Shown: piece by piece, positions 10,276 through 20,750 of the stretch | Position numbering within the stretch: the stretch's first letter is position 1 | Layout: each line of letters opens with the position of its first letter | Assembly: GCA_963727895.1 (NCBI GenBank) | Contig: CAVSHT010000009.1 | Coordinates: forward strand, 224,001-288,000 | Source of the DNA: an uncultured Methanosarcinaceae archaeon | Lineage (GTDB): Archaea; Halobacteriota; Methanosarcinia; Methanosarcinales; Methanosarcinaceae | Length of the DNA stretch: 64,000 bases | Direction: 5' to 3' | Notes under the pieces: model-generated | Database searches by the model: none | What the model was told of the DNA's origin: nothing | Seen by the model: the letters and a program-made list of their open reading frames with translations, nothing else | Translations under genes and position numbers: made by a program

Positions 10276-11540
10276 TCACGTGCTCTCTTGATCCTTTTTC
10301 CCCATAATCGCAAATATTCCACTAATTATTTTAATCAGTTCATCAACCGAAAAAATCTCAGTTTCAATAATCTTTCTCTTTTGGATTTCTCCCTTTTGAT
10401 ATCCGGTTTCATCTTCGTCCATCTCATCGTTTGTAATAAGATGCCATAATATCGTTGCAATTTTCCTTGCTAAGGCAATAATTGCTTTTGCATGTCCAAT
10501 CGACTTCTTTTTTCTGTTAAAAAACTATTTTAACCTGCTATTCTTCTTTCTTGCTGCTGCTTGAGCAATCTGTGTCAGAATCCACCTTGCTACTTTTGAT
10601 TCCCTCTTTGTGATTCTGCCGTTATAGTATTTATCTGCAGATTGATACACATTAAGAACTAGACCAAGCCAAGAAGCAAGCTTATTTCCAGAAGAAAAAT
10701 CCTTAAAGTTGCCTATTTCAGCAAGTAAAATTGCCGCACCAAGTTTCCCTATACCTGGAACTGACATTAAAATCTCCATTTCTCGCTTATGATTTCGAGA
10801 AGCATAATTGAAAATTTCTTTTTCTAAAGCTTCGAGTTCATCATCAAGACTTTTTATGAGTTTCAGACAGATCTGAAGTCTAAATGCAGCACTTTGAGAA
10901 ATTTCTCGATCAAAAATTTCTCTTATCTGAGCAGCTTTTTTCCGAACATTTGGAGAGAGGCTTGCAATAATCTGATCAACACTCTTACCTGAAGAGATTC
11001 CTAATAAGATCATTCTGCCATTCTTGCCAAAAACGTCTGTCAGAACATTATTCAGGTGTAGCATTTCAGATGCAAGAATTGAATTTCAGATGCAAGAATT
11101 GAGTGAGCTTTATTTTTTAAATCTGTTCTTTTTTGTACAAGTGTTAACCGAAGTCGAACATATGATCTAAAATCTATATGATCCTTTGGAAAAACTCTTG
11201 ATGGCTGAATCATATTATTAAGTGCAAGTTGTGCAATGACTTCTGAGTCAATCTTATCTGTTTTTGTATGGGTAAATACCTTCATATCTCGCGCATTTCC
11301 AACTATCACAGTTAGATGCTTTACCAATGAATCATGAATCGGAACCCAAAAGTCGCTGGTTGATTCACATGCAACAACATCACATTTTTCTGATATTACC
11401 CAATTTTTAAGGGCTAAAATTCCTTCATCATCTCTGTTGAAACGTTGCTGTTGTTTTTCACCAGATATACTGAGAATTGTAGCAATGAAAAAGAGTTTGT
11501 GAATGTCTAAACCACAAGCTTTGTTTATGACTTCAATCAA
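10276..11540 (-). pseudogene. IS110 DEDD recombinase/transposase, disrupted
   Basis: GLDIHK, ACESTS, KTDKID (D-E-D-D), SVPGIG, QSAD, ITKR motifs; 20-bp duplication frameshift at 11063-11102 and TAG at 10525. Confidence 0.93.
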
Positions 11541-11775
11541 ATTAGATCACCAAATTTATTTGGGCAGTGGAATTGCCTAAAAGGCCAATTTAGCATCCGT
11601 GATCAAAGTCACACTTGAGCCTTCGATGGCAATTCACTGATTAGTTTTAGGACGGTTTTGATAAACCAAAATCGAGACAACCTTACTGCCCAAGGTAATG
11701 AGGACTTAATAGTCAAAAAAAAGAACGGAGAGTACTGTCATTAGTTGTGCTTGTTATTCGAAGAAAAGCATGTGC
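11541..11775 (-). ncRNA. candidate bridge/seek RNA in IS110 non-coding end, copy 1
   Basis: outer stem ttgggcagt 11560-68 / actgcccaa 11685-93 encloses two stem-loops with matches to target and donor junctions. Confidence 0.65.
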
Positions 11776-11777
11776 GT

Positions 11778-12273
11778 TGTAGGGGTAAGTCACGTTTCTG
11801 TCCAAAAATGGATAAAGAAATTTGGTAAGGAGTTAGAGGCTCTAAAAAGTGAAAATGAGATATCTATTGTTGAAATGGATGAAATGCACACGTACATCGG
11901 TAACAAAAAAAAATATTGCTGGATCTGGATTGCTGTTGATAGAGTTGGGAAAAAGTTCATCAACTGCTCTTTTGGTAGCAGAGGAACGGAAACTGGAAAA
12001 CTACTCTGGGAAAAAGTGAAGAAAAAAGAGATTGGAGAAGTGATGACAGATCACTGGAGAGCATATGCAGAGTTTATTCCAGAAAAGAGTCATACTCAAT
12101 CCAAAGCAGAAACATTTACAGTTGAGGGATATAACAGCATATTGAGGCATTTCCTGGTAGATTGAGAAGAAAAACAAAGTGTTATACAAAAAGTCTTGAA
12201 ATGCTAAAGTACTCGGTTATTCTATTGATGAAATACAGAAATAAAGAACTAGATATAGTTAAGTAACAATGCC
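11778..12273 (+). mobile_element. IS1-family element, right part only
   Basis: GVSHVSVQKWIKK, EMDEMHTYIGNKK, TDHWRAY, VEGYNS; right end taacaatgcc; left part missing beyond IS110. Confidence 0.92.
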
Positions 12274-12649
12274 AATTTACCTTCTGAGAAATCAAGCTGT
12301 AAATTTCAATATTTAATTATTGAATATATTTATAGTTTTATTTTTTGAGAATTGCAAGATCTGTTATAATAGAAAGAGTGAAAATAGTATAGATTATTTT
12401 ATATAAATTTTAATATATACAATTTTTATTATATATAATGTCATTATATAGATAGAAGGATTTATGTAATATAGCGTTTTCAACTATTTTTCATTACAGA
12501 TTAAACATTAATTTACTGAGGTACTACGCACTAGAGAAAATAAGGAGTTAACGTACTTTATGCACGCAACTACCTTTATAGTAACACACCGAGAGTGCCT
12601 TGACCACGGTACCGCCTGAAGAACAACAAATCGAAAAAGAGGCATACCA

Positions 12650-14020
12650 TTGACGAAAGTTGTAGAAATATCTCCAAACACGAGACTTGAAGGTCACTCC
12701 AAACTCACCCTGAAAGTGAATGATGAGGGTATTGTCGAGCGAGGAGACTGGCTCTCTATCACCCCGGTCAGGGGTATTGAAAAGCTCGCCATAGGTAAGA
12801 CAATGGAACAGGTCCCGAAGATTTCCTCTCGGGTCTGTGGTATCTGTCCCATTGCCCACACTCTGGCAAGCACCGAGGCCATGGAAGCTTCAATCGGCTG
12901 CGAAATTCCCACGGATGCAAAGCTCCTGCGGATCATTCTCCATGCCGCAAACCGTATCCATAGCATCGCCCTGCACAACATCTTGATCCTGCCGGACTTT
13001 TACATACCGGGGACAGAGAAAAAATTCAATATGTTCGCAAATGAGCAGCCTGCCAGAAGCGTTATGGCGAGAATTGTCCGCATTCGTGAGATTGGACAGA
13101 CCATTGGAGCCATCGCAGGTGGCGAGGCGATTCATCCTTCCAACCCAAGAATCGGGGGGATGTATCACAACGTAAGTCCACGGGCAAAGCAGAAAATGGC
13201 TGATCTGGCAAAAGAAGGACTTGTCCTTGCCCACGAGCAGATGGATTTCATGCTCGATGTCATCAGGAATATGCAGAACCGAGAATTTGTCGAGGTTGCA
13301 GGCAAGCAGATCCCACTTCCCAAGACACTTGGATACCACAACCAGGGAGTTATGGCTACATCCACGATGTACGGCTCATCCAGTCTGGACGAGAATCCCA
13401 CATGGGACTTCACCAGATGGAAGGAAACCAGACCATGGGACTGGTATATGGGTGAGGTAACGATAGATCTTGAAGATCCAACTTATCCATCAGGAGGTAC
13501 CACAAAAGTCGGGACCAAAGCTAACCCCCAGATGGAAGCCTGCACCGGTGTTCCTACATACGACGGTCAGCCGGTAGAGGTCGGCCCAAGAGCAAGGCTT
13601 TCTGCCTTCAAGAACTTCGACGAAAAAGGAACCTTCGCTCAACACATTGCCAGGCAAATGGAGTATCCCGATTGCTGTTACACCATTTTCAAGTGCCTTG
13701 ACAACTTGAATACCTCAGGGAAGGTCATCGCCGACAACATCCCTCTGGGGGACGGATCCATGGGTTGGGCCGCAAATGAAGCACCGCGTGGAACCAATGT
13801 CCACCTCGCAAGGGTGAAGGACGGAAAAGTGTTGTGGTATGAGATGCTTGTGCCTACGACCTGGAATTTCCCTACCTGTAGCCGTGCTCTGACAGGAGCG
13901 CCCTGGCAGATAGCCGAAATGGTTGTCCGGGCTTATGACCCTTGCGTCTCGTGTGCAACCCACATGATCGTGATGAACGAGGAGAACAAGATAGTCACCC
14001 AGAAGCTTATGCAGTGGTGA
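12650..14020 (+). CDS. frhA: F420-reducing [NiFe] hydrogenase large subunit
   Basis: TRLEGH, RVCGICP and RAYDPCVSCATH Ni-binding motifs plus cleavable C-terminal tail; TTG start. Confidence 0.97.
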   Translation: MTKVVEISPNTRLEGHSKLTLKVNDEGIVERGDWLSITPVRGIEKLAIGKTMEQVPKISSRVCGICPIAHTLASTEAMEASIGCEIPTDAKLLRIILHAANRIHSIALHNILILPDFYIPGTEKKFNMFANEQPARSVMARIVRIREIGQTIGAIAGGEAIHPSNPRIGGMYHNVSPRAKQKMADLAKEGLVLAHEQMDFMLDVIRNMQNREFVEVAGKQIPLPKTLGYHNQGVMATSTMYGSSSLDENPTWDFTRWKETRPWDWYMGEVTIDLEDPTYPSGGTTKVGTKANPQMEACTGVPTYDGQPVEVGPRARLSAFKNFDEKGTFAQHIARQMEYPDCCYTIFKCLDNLNTSGKVIADNIPLGDGSMGWAANEAPRGTNVHLARVKDGKVLWYEMLVPTTWNFPTCSRALTGAPWQIAEMVVRAYDPCVSCATHMIVMNEENKIVTQKLMQW

Positions 14021-14024
14021 AGAA

Positions 14025-14504
14025 ATGGAAACGCTGTACTCCGAGATCGTAGTGGCAGGCTGCGGCAACCCTCTATATGCTGACGATGGGTTTGGACCCG
14101 CAGTAGTGGAGAAACTTAAAGACCTCAAAATTCCAGAAAAAGTCACAGTCGTTGACGCGGGACTTGGAGGTCCACATTTTATATTTACACTCCTCAACCC
14201 TGAGTCTACAAAGACCCTTATAATCGTGGATATTGCGGACTTTGGAGGGAAACCCGGCGAGCTCAGATGGCTCTCCGTTGACGAGCTTCCTGTAGGGAGC
14301 TACCGGGACGCCCACTCCTGGGATCTTACCGAACCTCTCCAGTATATCAAGAATGATATACGGATCAGAGTTCTTGCATGCCAGAAGAAGTATGTCTCTG
14401 CCCCTAATATGGTCATTGGGATTACAGACGAAGTACAGAGAGCCATTCCAGAAGCTGTATCTGAGATACTGAAAGAAATTGGGATGAACTATGGGACTGC
14501 TTAA
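14025..14504 (+). CDS. frhD: hydrogenase maturation protease
   Basis: GCGNPLYADDGFG, VDAG, DAH motifs; operon position. Confidence 0.96.
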   Translation: METLYSEIVVAGCGNPLYADDGFGPAVVEKLKDLKIPEKVTVVDAGLGGPHFIFTLLNPESTKTLIIVDIADFGGKPGELRWLSVDELPVGSYRDAHSWDLTEPLQYIKNDIRIRVLACQKKYVSAPNMVIGITDEVQRAIPEAVSEILKEIGMNYGTA

Positions 14505-15369
14505 CTTCATCAAGAAAACTATGAGTGTGGAAACTAGGCCCTCTCAGGTTACGATGGAGAAGGTGGAAGCTACAAAGGAGACAAAACCAGTGACAAATAA
14601 GATCAAGCTCGGACACGTACACATGAGCGGCTGTACAGGTTGTCTTGTGTCCATAGCCGACAACAACTTAGGACTCATCAAGATCCTGGATGACTATGCC
14701 GACCTCGTCTACTGTCTCACACTCGCAGACGTTCGACATATCCCAGAAATGGATGTGGCACTCGTCGAAGGATCAGTATGCATTCAAGATCATGAATCAG
14801 TAGAAGATATCAAAGAGGCTCGGAAAAAAGCCAAGATCGTGGTAGCCCTTGGATCCTGCGCGTGCTATGGGAATATCACCCGGTTTAGCCGCGGTGGACA
14901 GCACAACCAGCCACAGCACGAGTCTTTCCTCCCAATTGGGGATATTATCGACGTAGACATTTACATTCCCGGATGCCCTCCAAGCCCGGAGCTCATAAGG
15001 AACGTTGCTGTTATGGCATACCTGCTCCTGGAAGGAAACGATGACCAAAAAGCCCTTGCAGGCAAGTACTTAAAGCCTCTAATGGATCTTGCGAAGCGCG
15101 GCACGTTTGGATGTTTCTGCGACCTGATGTATGACGTGATTAACCAGGGCCTCTGTATGGGCTGCGGCACCTGCGCTGCATCCTGTCCAGTACATGCGAT
15201 CACCCTCGAGTTCGGGAAACCGCAGGGTGAGCGTGACCTCTGCATTAAGTGCGGTTCCTGCTACGGTGCATGTCCAAGATCGTTCTTCAATTTAGACGTG
15301 ATTCCTGAATTTGAGAACATCAGTGAAATAATCGCTGGAGCGCTTAAGGAAGGTGAGAGTGATGATTGA
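14491..15369 (+). CDS. frhG: F420-reducing hydrogenase gamma (small, FeS) subunit
   Basis: GCTGC, GSCACYG, IPGCPP and two ferredoxin CxxCxxCxxxCP motifs. Confidence 0.97.
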   Translation: MGLLNFIKKTMSVETRPSQVTMEKVEATKETKPVTNKIKLGHVHMSGCTGCLVSIADNNLGLIKILDDYADLVYCLTLADVRHIPEMDVALVEGSVCIQDHESVEDIKEARKKAKIVVALGSCACYGNITRFSRGGQHNQPQHESFLPIGDIIDVDIYIPGCPPSPELIRNVAVMAYLLLEGNDDQKALAGKYLKPLMDLAKRGTFGCFCDLMYDVINQGLCMGCGTCAASCPVHAITLEFGKPQGERDLCIKCGSCYGACPRSFFNLDVIPEFENISEIIAGALKEGESDD

Positions 15370-16237
15370 AGATCCGTATCTCGGCAAATACATTACCTGT
15401 GTTTCGGCACGAAGCACGGATAAGGAGATTCTCAAGAAGGCACAGGACGGCGGCATCGCCACCACCCTTATGACATATGCTCTTGAAGAAGGGATTATTG
15501 ACGGGACAATTGTGGCAGGAGAGGGCGAGAAACCCTGGCAGCCAAAGCCAATAGTTGCAACAAGCCGCGAGGAAATTCTCGAGGCAAGAGGAACTAGATA
15601 CAGCATCAGCCCTCAGATTTCCGGGCTCAAGGAAGCAACCCGTTCATATGGCCTTGATAAAGTTGGAGTTACCGGCGTCTGCTGTCAGATGCAGGCAGTG
15701 AGAAAAGCTCAGCTCTATCCGATCAACATGCGAGATGTCCCAGGTAAGGTTGCACTTACAGTAGGGCTTTTCTGTATGGAGAATTTCCCGTACAAGTCCA
15801 TGCAGAGCATTGTTGAAGACCATGCAGCACAAAGCCTGGGTTCAGTAAAGAAAATGGAGATCACAAAAGGCAAGTTCTGGGTCTACACTGAACGCGGAAA
15901 CGTCGCTACTGTGCCTCTTAAGGATACACACAAGTACGAACAGCCCGGCTGCCACGTCTGCCTCGACTATGTTTCAAACCTCGCAGATATCTCTACCGGC
16001 TCAGTCGGTAGCCCAGACGGCTGGTCAACAGTTTTCATCCGCACCAAGGTTGGAAACGAAATCTGGTCCAAGGCTGTAGCTGCAGGTTTGTTCGAGACAA
16101 AGCCTATCGAGGATGTAAAACCTGGTCTCGATCTCCTCAGAAAGCTCGCAAAAGAGAAGATAGAAAAGAACCAGAAGACAGTTGAGGAGCGCAAGACCTT
16201 CGGCGTCAACAAAGCGCTGCGAAACCCTTACGCCTAA
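15362..16237 (+). CDS. frhB: F420-reducing hydrogenase beta subunit
   Basis: AQDGGIAT, GVCCQ, GLFCMENF, GCHVCLD, ADISTGSVGSPDGWS. Confidence 0.97.
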   Translation: MIEDPYLGKYITCVSARSTDKEILKKAQDGGIATTLMTYALEEGIIDGTIVAGEGEKPWQPKPIVATSREEILEARGTRYSISPQISGLKEATRSYGLDKVGVTGVCCQMQAVRKAQLYPINMRDVPGKVALTVGLFCMENFPYKSMQSIVEDHAAQSLGSVKKMEITKGKFWVYTERGNVATVPLKDTHKYEQPGCHVCLDYVSNLADISTGSVGSPDGWSTVFIRTKVGNEIWSKAVAAGLFETKPIEDVKPGLDLLRKLAKEKIEKNQKTVEERKTFGVNKALRNPYA

Positions 16238-16287
16238 AACTCCTCTTTTTTCGTCATCGAAGCTATTGTGTTATCTACGCTGAATAA

Positions 16288-16330
16288 GGGGATGAGTTTT
16301 GTCTCATCCCCAAGTTCTGATTTTATTTTT
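16288..16330 (+). terminator. hairpin and T-tract after frhB
   Basis: ggggatgag-ttttgt-ctcatcccc followed by T-rich run. Confidence 0.55.
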
Positions 16331-16359
16331 GTAACTTATCCATCAGTATATCTAAGTTA

Positions 16360-17099
16360 GGCATTGGTACACAAAAATAGATATATGTGCTTATAACATA
16401 TATTTCTTCATTAACTGCCCCAGATGCAATAGTTCTAATTACAAAAATAATGGTATAGTTGGCGGGCGTCAACGGTACAAATGCTCTGATTGTGGCTATA
16501 ACTATACAGTAGAGCTAAAATCAACTGCTTTTTCCGCTTCTGTAAAAAGACAGGCTTTACAACTTTACCTTGAAGGATTAGGCTTTCGTTCAATAGGAAG
16601 AGTTTTAGGGGTAAGTCATGTTTCTGTCCAAAAATGGATAAAGAAATTTGGTCAGGAGTTAGAGGCTCTAAAAAGTGAAAATGAGATATCTATTGTTGAA
16701 CTGGATGAAATGCACACTTACATCGGTAATAAAAAAAATATTGCTGGATCTAGATTGCTGTTGATAGAGTTAGGAAAAAGTTCATCAACTGCTCTTTTGG
16801 TAGCAGAGGAACAGAAACTGGAAAACTACTCTAGGAAAAAATGAAGAAAAAAGAGATTGGAGAAGTGATGACCGATCACTGGAGAGCATATGCAGAGTTT
16901 CTTCCTGAAACGATTCATACTCAATCAAAAGCAGAAACATTTACAGTTGAGGGATATAACAGCATATTGAGGCACTTTTTGGCAAGGTTGAGAAGAAAGA
17001 CAAAGTGTTATACGAAGAGTCTTGAAATGCTAAAGTACTCGGTTATTTTATAGATGAAATACAGAAATAAAGAGGTAACTATATTTAGTTAACAATACC
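16360..17099 (+). mobile_element. IS1-family element, full length but inactivated
   Basis: ends ggcattggtacacaaaaatag ... tagttaacaatacc; insA start mutated, internal stops; no TSD. Confidence 0.93.
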
Positions 17100-17219
17100 T
17101 CCATATTTTAGATATAATTCCATTTTTAATCTGAAAATTAATGCTTAAAATACCGCTAAAGTTTGAGATAAAAAAATAAGTAAATAAGTAAATAAATTAG
17201 AATGATATAACTAAACTCC

Positions 17220-17750
17220 ATGTATTTTACAATCCGACCCGAAACTCCCGCCGACTACCTGGCAATTAAAGAGGTAAATGACCTTGCCTTCGAGCGACTC
17301 GATGAAGGTGAACTCGTTGAAAACCTCAGGAAAAACCCAAAATTTGTCAAGGAACTGTCTCTTGTAGCTGAAACTAATAAAAAAATAGTTGGTCATATTC
17401 TTTTTTTCCCTATAGTCATCAGATCAGAGGCAGGAAAGGAAAAGGAAACTATTTCTCTTGCCCCGCTTGCAGTTAAGCCTGAGTTCCAGAAACAAGGTAT
17501 TGGAGGCAAGCTAATACGAGAAGGACTTAAGGCTTGCCAACAATTGGGACATGGTTCCGTGATAGTCTATGGTCATCCTGGGTATTATCCAAAATTTGGG
17601 TTTAGACCAGTAGCTGGCACATGGAGCATAAAAGATCCCTATGGAGCACCTGCCGAAGCATTTATGGCACTGGAATTAAAGGAAGGCGGACTTGAAAATG
17701 CCGACGGGGAAGTGGAATTACCAGAAGAATTCAAAGTTAAGCGTTTATAA
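17220..17750 (+). CDS. GNAT N-acetyltransferase (YhbS-like)
   Basis: IVGHILF, LAPLAVKPEFQKQGIGGKLI, GHPGYYPKFGF. Confidence 0.93.
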   Translation: MYFTIRPETPADYLAIKEVNDLAFERLDEGELVENLRKNPKFVKELSLVAETNKKIVGHILFFPIVIRSEAGKEKETISLAPLAVKPEFQKQGIGGKLIREGLKACQQLGHGSVIVYGHPGYYPKFGFRPVAGTWSIKDPYGAPAEAFMALELKEGGLENADGEVELPEEFKVKRL

Positions 17751-18309
17751 AGCTCTGGATTTAGGCATCTATTTTCAGTATGTTATACTTTAATGGAAAG
17801 TTTTTTACATAACCGTAATAAGAGAAAGCATAGGTTTTCTCCAGAGTCCTAAAAAGAAATTTGATAACTCTTTCAGAGTCAACAAGGTGCTGAGAAACCC
17901 TGCACCTAAAATCTTTTTTACCCTCAATTTTTGAAATTTTCATAAATTAAGACCAACATCAACAGACACTGAGGAAAGTGCCGATGTGTTTTTTACACTC
18001 TCTTTACATTTGATAGAGAGCAAATCGATCAAGATTTCCAGATTCATATATGATATAGAACAACTGAGTTTAGAAAAGCATACCTTAAAGAAATGCAGAA
18101 AAATAAAGAGTTACGGAAAAATGGTTCTTGTCGTTTATCCCGCCCTCTTCGATATATATTTCAACAAGCTAGAATTGAAAACAGGAAAAATCATATCCAG
18201 GCATTTTAAGACCAGATCCACACAAAAGATGATCACAAGAGTGTGTGGTAAAGTCTTTTCTGGATAACTATTAGTCCGGATTTAAGCAAACGTTAATTCT
18301 ATTTTTCAA

Positions 18310-19803
18310 TCAATTCGGGGGCTCTCCTCTTTTCATCCTCTTCAAATACTTGTTCATTGCCACGTCTGCAATAAGGGTAATCCCTTTATGAACTGCATGA
18401 ACCCCAGGTCCTACGGTCATCCTCTCACTATAAAATCGGTGCAGAGTCTTCAGGTGCCGAAGGTTGTACTCTAGGCAAAGTCCCACCAGTTCCCAGTGCT
18501 CAGGAAAGGCCTGATCCTTTCCAAAGCCGGTCATGCCACCAAGCTTCGTTTCAGATATGGGGCTGAAGAATAGCGGCATCAGCAGCCCGGTGTAATCCTT
18601 CAACGACTCCAAGAGTTCAATGGTCTTCAGCACATCCTCTGCAGTCTCGCCAGGGAGACCAAGCACAAGGCTGCCAACAGGAAGCCAGGACTCTTCTCCA
18701 AAAAGCTGATAGCAATCTCTGACTATCTCGGGCCAGTTCTCGGGGTTTTTCGGCGAAGCTTTTCTTGGCATATGCATTTGAAGAATTCTGCAGCTTCCTG
18801 TCTCTATCCCTACCCAGGCAGACATGTACTTCTGATCTCTACCAACTCCTACTATCTTGGACACTTCCCGAAGAAGGTCCTGATTTTGATTAACTGTGGC
18901 GAGACTGACATGGGATATATCCACCGTCCTCGGCCCCAGCCGCTTAACCTCTCTGAACAGTTTCTTGACCTTTTCTCCATTTGGCTTGGCACCTGATGAG
19001 CCGTAGGTAAAGACATCTTCGGAATGAAGAACCACGTCCCTTTGACCCGCCTTTATGTTCATCGCTACGTCATCGAGGATTTTATCCAAAGGTCTGTAAC
19101 GGAGAGTACGCATGTTAGGGGAGCAGAAAGAACACCCACGCCAACAGCCCCTGCCAACCTCCACGATCCCGGCAATGGTTGGACCCCTGTTCACAGGTAT
19201 GTCCCCTCCTGCCACAGCTGTTCCTCGGATTACCTTTGGAACCTCATCGCCGTTAATAATAGATCGGCAGATTCTAGGAAAATCGCCCTCCCCCTCCCCC
19301 AGGAAAATATGATCCACTGGTACATCCTCCCCCACCAGCTCCCACGCTCCCATACCGCCGACCACTAGCTTTGGCATATGCTCTTTGATCAGTGGATGGT
19401 TTATTAGGGATAAGAAATTGGACCTGTTATGAGGCTCACCTCGCCCGATTATCTCCTCGATCTCGCGTAAAGCGATTTTTCCGAGGGGATCGTCGTGGGT
19501 GATTCCCACGATCTCAGTTTCTGGTCCTATGGCTTTGTCAAGGTGATCAGGATGGGCAACCATCACATCAGACCGATCAAAACCTGCCTCCAACAAGGCT
19601 GCCTCCACTTTTCTCATGCCGCAGGGAGCGAGCAGGGCTGAGCCATTCGAGGCTGCAGCTATGGGAGGGCAAAAAAGCCTCTTGAAAGCAAAATCGGGGA
19701 GCACCGACTTTGGCATAGTCGCTGTAAATCCAAGAACCGCACCCCCGTGATATGTGCTCATCATGGTAGAATCACTTGTCAGAACGATTTTTTTGCCTTG
19801 CAT
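18310..19803 (-). CDS. B12-binding-domain radical SAM protein
   Basis: GRGCWRGCSFC (CxxxCxxC), VVGGMGA, GIETGS, LGLPGET; visibly more GC-rich than flanks. Confidence 0.88.
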   Translation of the reverse strand: MQGKKIVLTSDSTMMSTYHGGAVLGFTATMPKSVLPDFAFKRLFCPPIAAASNGSALLAPCGMRKVEAALLEAGFDRSDVMVAHPDHLDKAIGPETEIVGITHDDPLGKIALREIEEIIGRGEPHNRSNFLSLINHPLIKEHMPKLVVGGMGAWELVGEDVPVDHIFLGEGEGDFPRICRSIINGDEVPKVIRGTAVAGGDIPVNRGPTIAGIVEVGRGCWRGCSFCSPNMRTLRYRPLDKILDDVAMNIKAGQRDVVLHSEDVFTYGSSGAKPNGEKVKKLFREVKRLGPRTVDISHVSLATVNQNQDLLREVSKIVGVGRDQKYMSAWVGIETGSCRILQMHMPRKASPKNPENWPEIVRDCYQLFGEESWLPVGSLVLGLPGETAEDVLKTIELLESLKDYTGLLMPLFFSPISETKLGGMTGFGKDQAFPEHWELVGLCLEYNLRHLKTLHRFYSERMTVGPGVHAVHKGITLIADVAMNKYLKRMKRGEPPN

Positions 19804-20008
19804 TGTAAAGCCAACTTTTCCGCCATTTACAGTATAATTTCTATTTATTTGTTATACATAAAAAGTTTATGTGGTAAAAACTTCACCAAAATTACCACCA
19901 CTACTTTTCCTTGATGTTTTTTACTTAAGCCTTTTGATTTAGTGGTTCTGGTGCAAAAAATCTGGATTTGTTGTAAAATCAGTTTAAATCTTCACAATTA
20001 AGAAATTT

Positions 20009-20750
20009 GGTATTGTTAACTGAATATATCTAGTTCTTTATTTCTTTATTTCATCAATAGAATAACCGAGTACTTTAGCATTTCAAGACTTTTTGTATAA
20101 CACTTTGTCTTTCTTCTCAATTTTGCCAGAAAATGCCTCAATATGCTGTTATATCCTTCAACAGTATACGTTTCTGCTTTGGATTGAGTATGGATCTTTT
20201 CTGGAATAAACTCTGCATATGCTCTCCAGTGATCTGTCATCACTTCTCCAATCTCTTTTTTCTTCACTTTTTCCCAGAGAGTAGTTTTCCAGTTTCCGTT
20301 CCTCTGATGCCAAAAGAGCAGTTGATAAACTTTTTCCCAACTCTATCAACAGCAATCCAGATCCAGCAATATTTTTTTTGTTACCGATTTAAGTGTGCAT
20401 CTCATCCATTTCAACAATAGATATCTCACTTTCACTTTTTAGGTTCTCTCACTCTTGACCAAATTTCTTTATCCATTTTTGGACAGAAACATGACTTACC
20501 CCTAAAACTCTTCCTATTGAGCGAAAGCCCAATCCTTCAAGATAGAGTTGTAAAGCCTGTCTTTTTACAGAAGCGGAAAAAGCAGTTGATTTTAGCTCTA
20601 CTATATAGTTATAGCCACAATCAGAGCATTTATACCGTTGACGCCCGCCAACTATACCATTATTTTTGTGACTGGAACTATTACATTTTGGGTAGTTCAT
20701 GAAGAAATATATGGTATAAGCATATATATCTATTTTTGTGTACCAATGCC
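20009..20750 (-). mobile_element. IS1-family element, inactivated
   Basis: ends ggtattgttaac ... gtaccaatgcc; insA/insB fragments with premature stops; no TSD. Confidence 0.93.

Larger units (their letters stand above)
10245..11777 (-). mobile_element. IS110-family element, copy 1
   Basis: near-identical to 54536-56068; ends tttagcatgaaag ... aagcatgtgcgt; no terminal inverted repeats or TSD, as expected for IS110. Confidence 0.93.

Noticed and set aside
10525..10527. In-frame TAG in IS110 transposase as possible pyrrolysine codon
   Set aside because: Copy 2 has GAG at this position and the gene is already frameshifted upstream, so it is a simple nonsense mutation.
12548..16212. Long antisense ORFs over frhADGB and other genes
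   Set aside because: Shadow frames of well-supported genes, with no motifs.
17761..18267. Short ORFs between GNAT and radical SAM genes
   Set aside because: No recognisable motifs or clear RBS; may be decayed remnants but cannot be supported.
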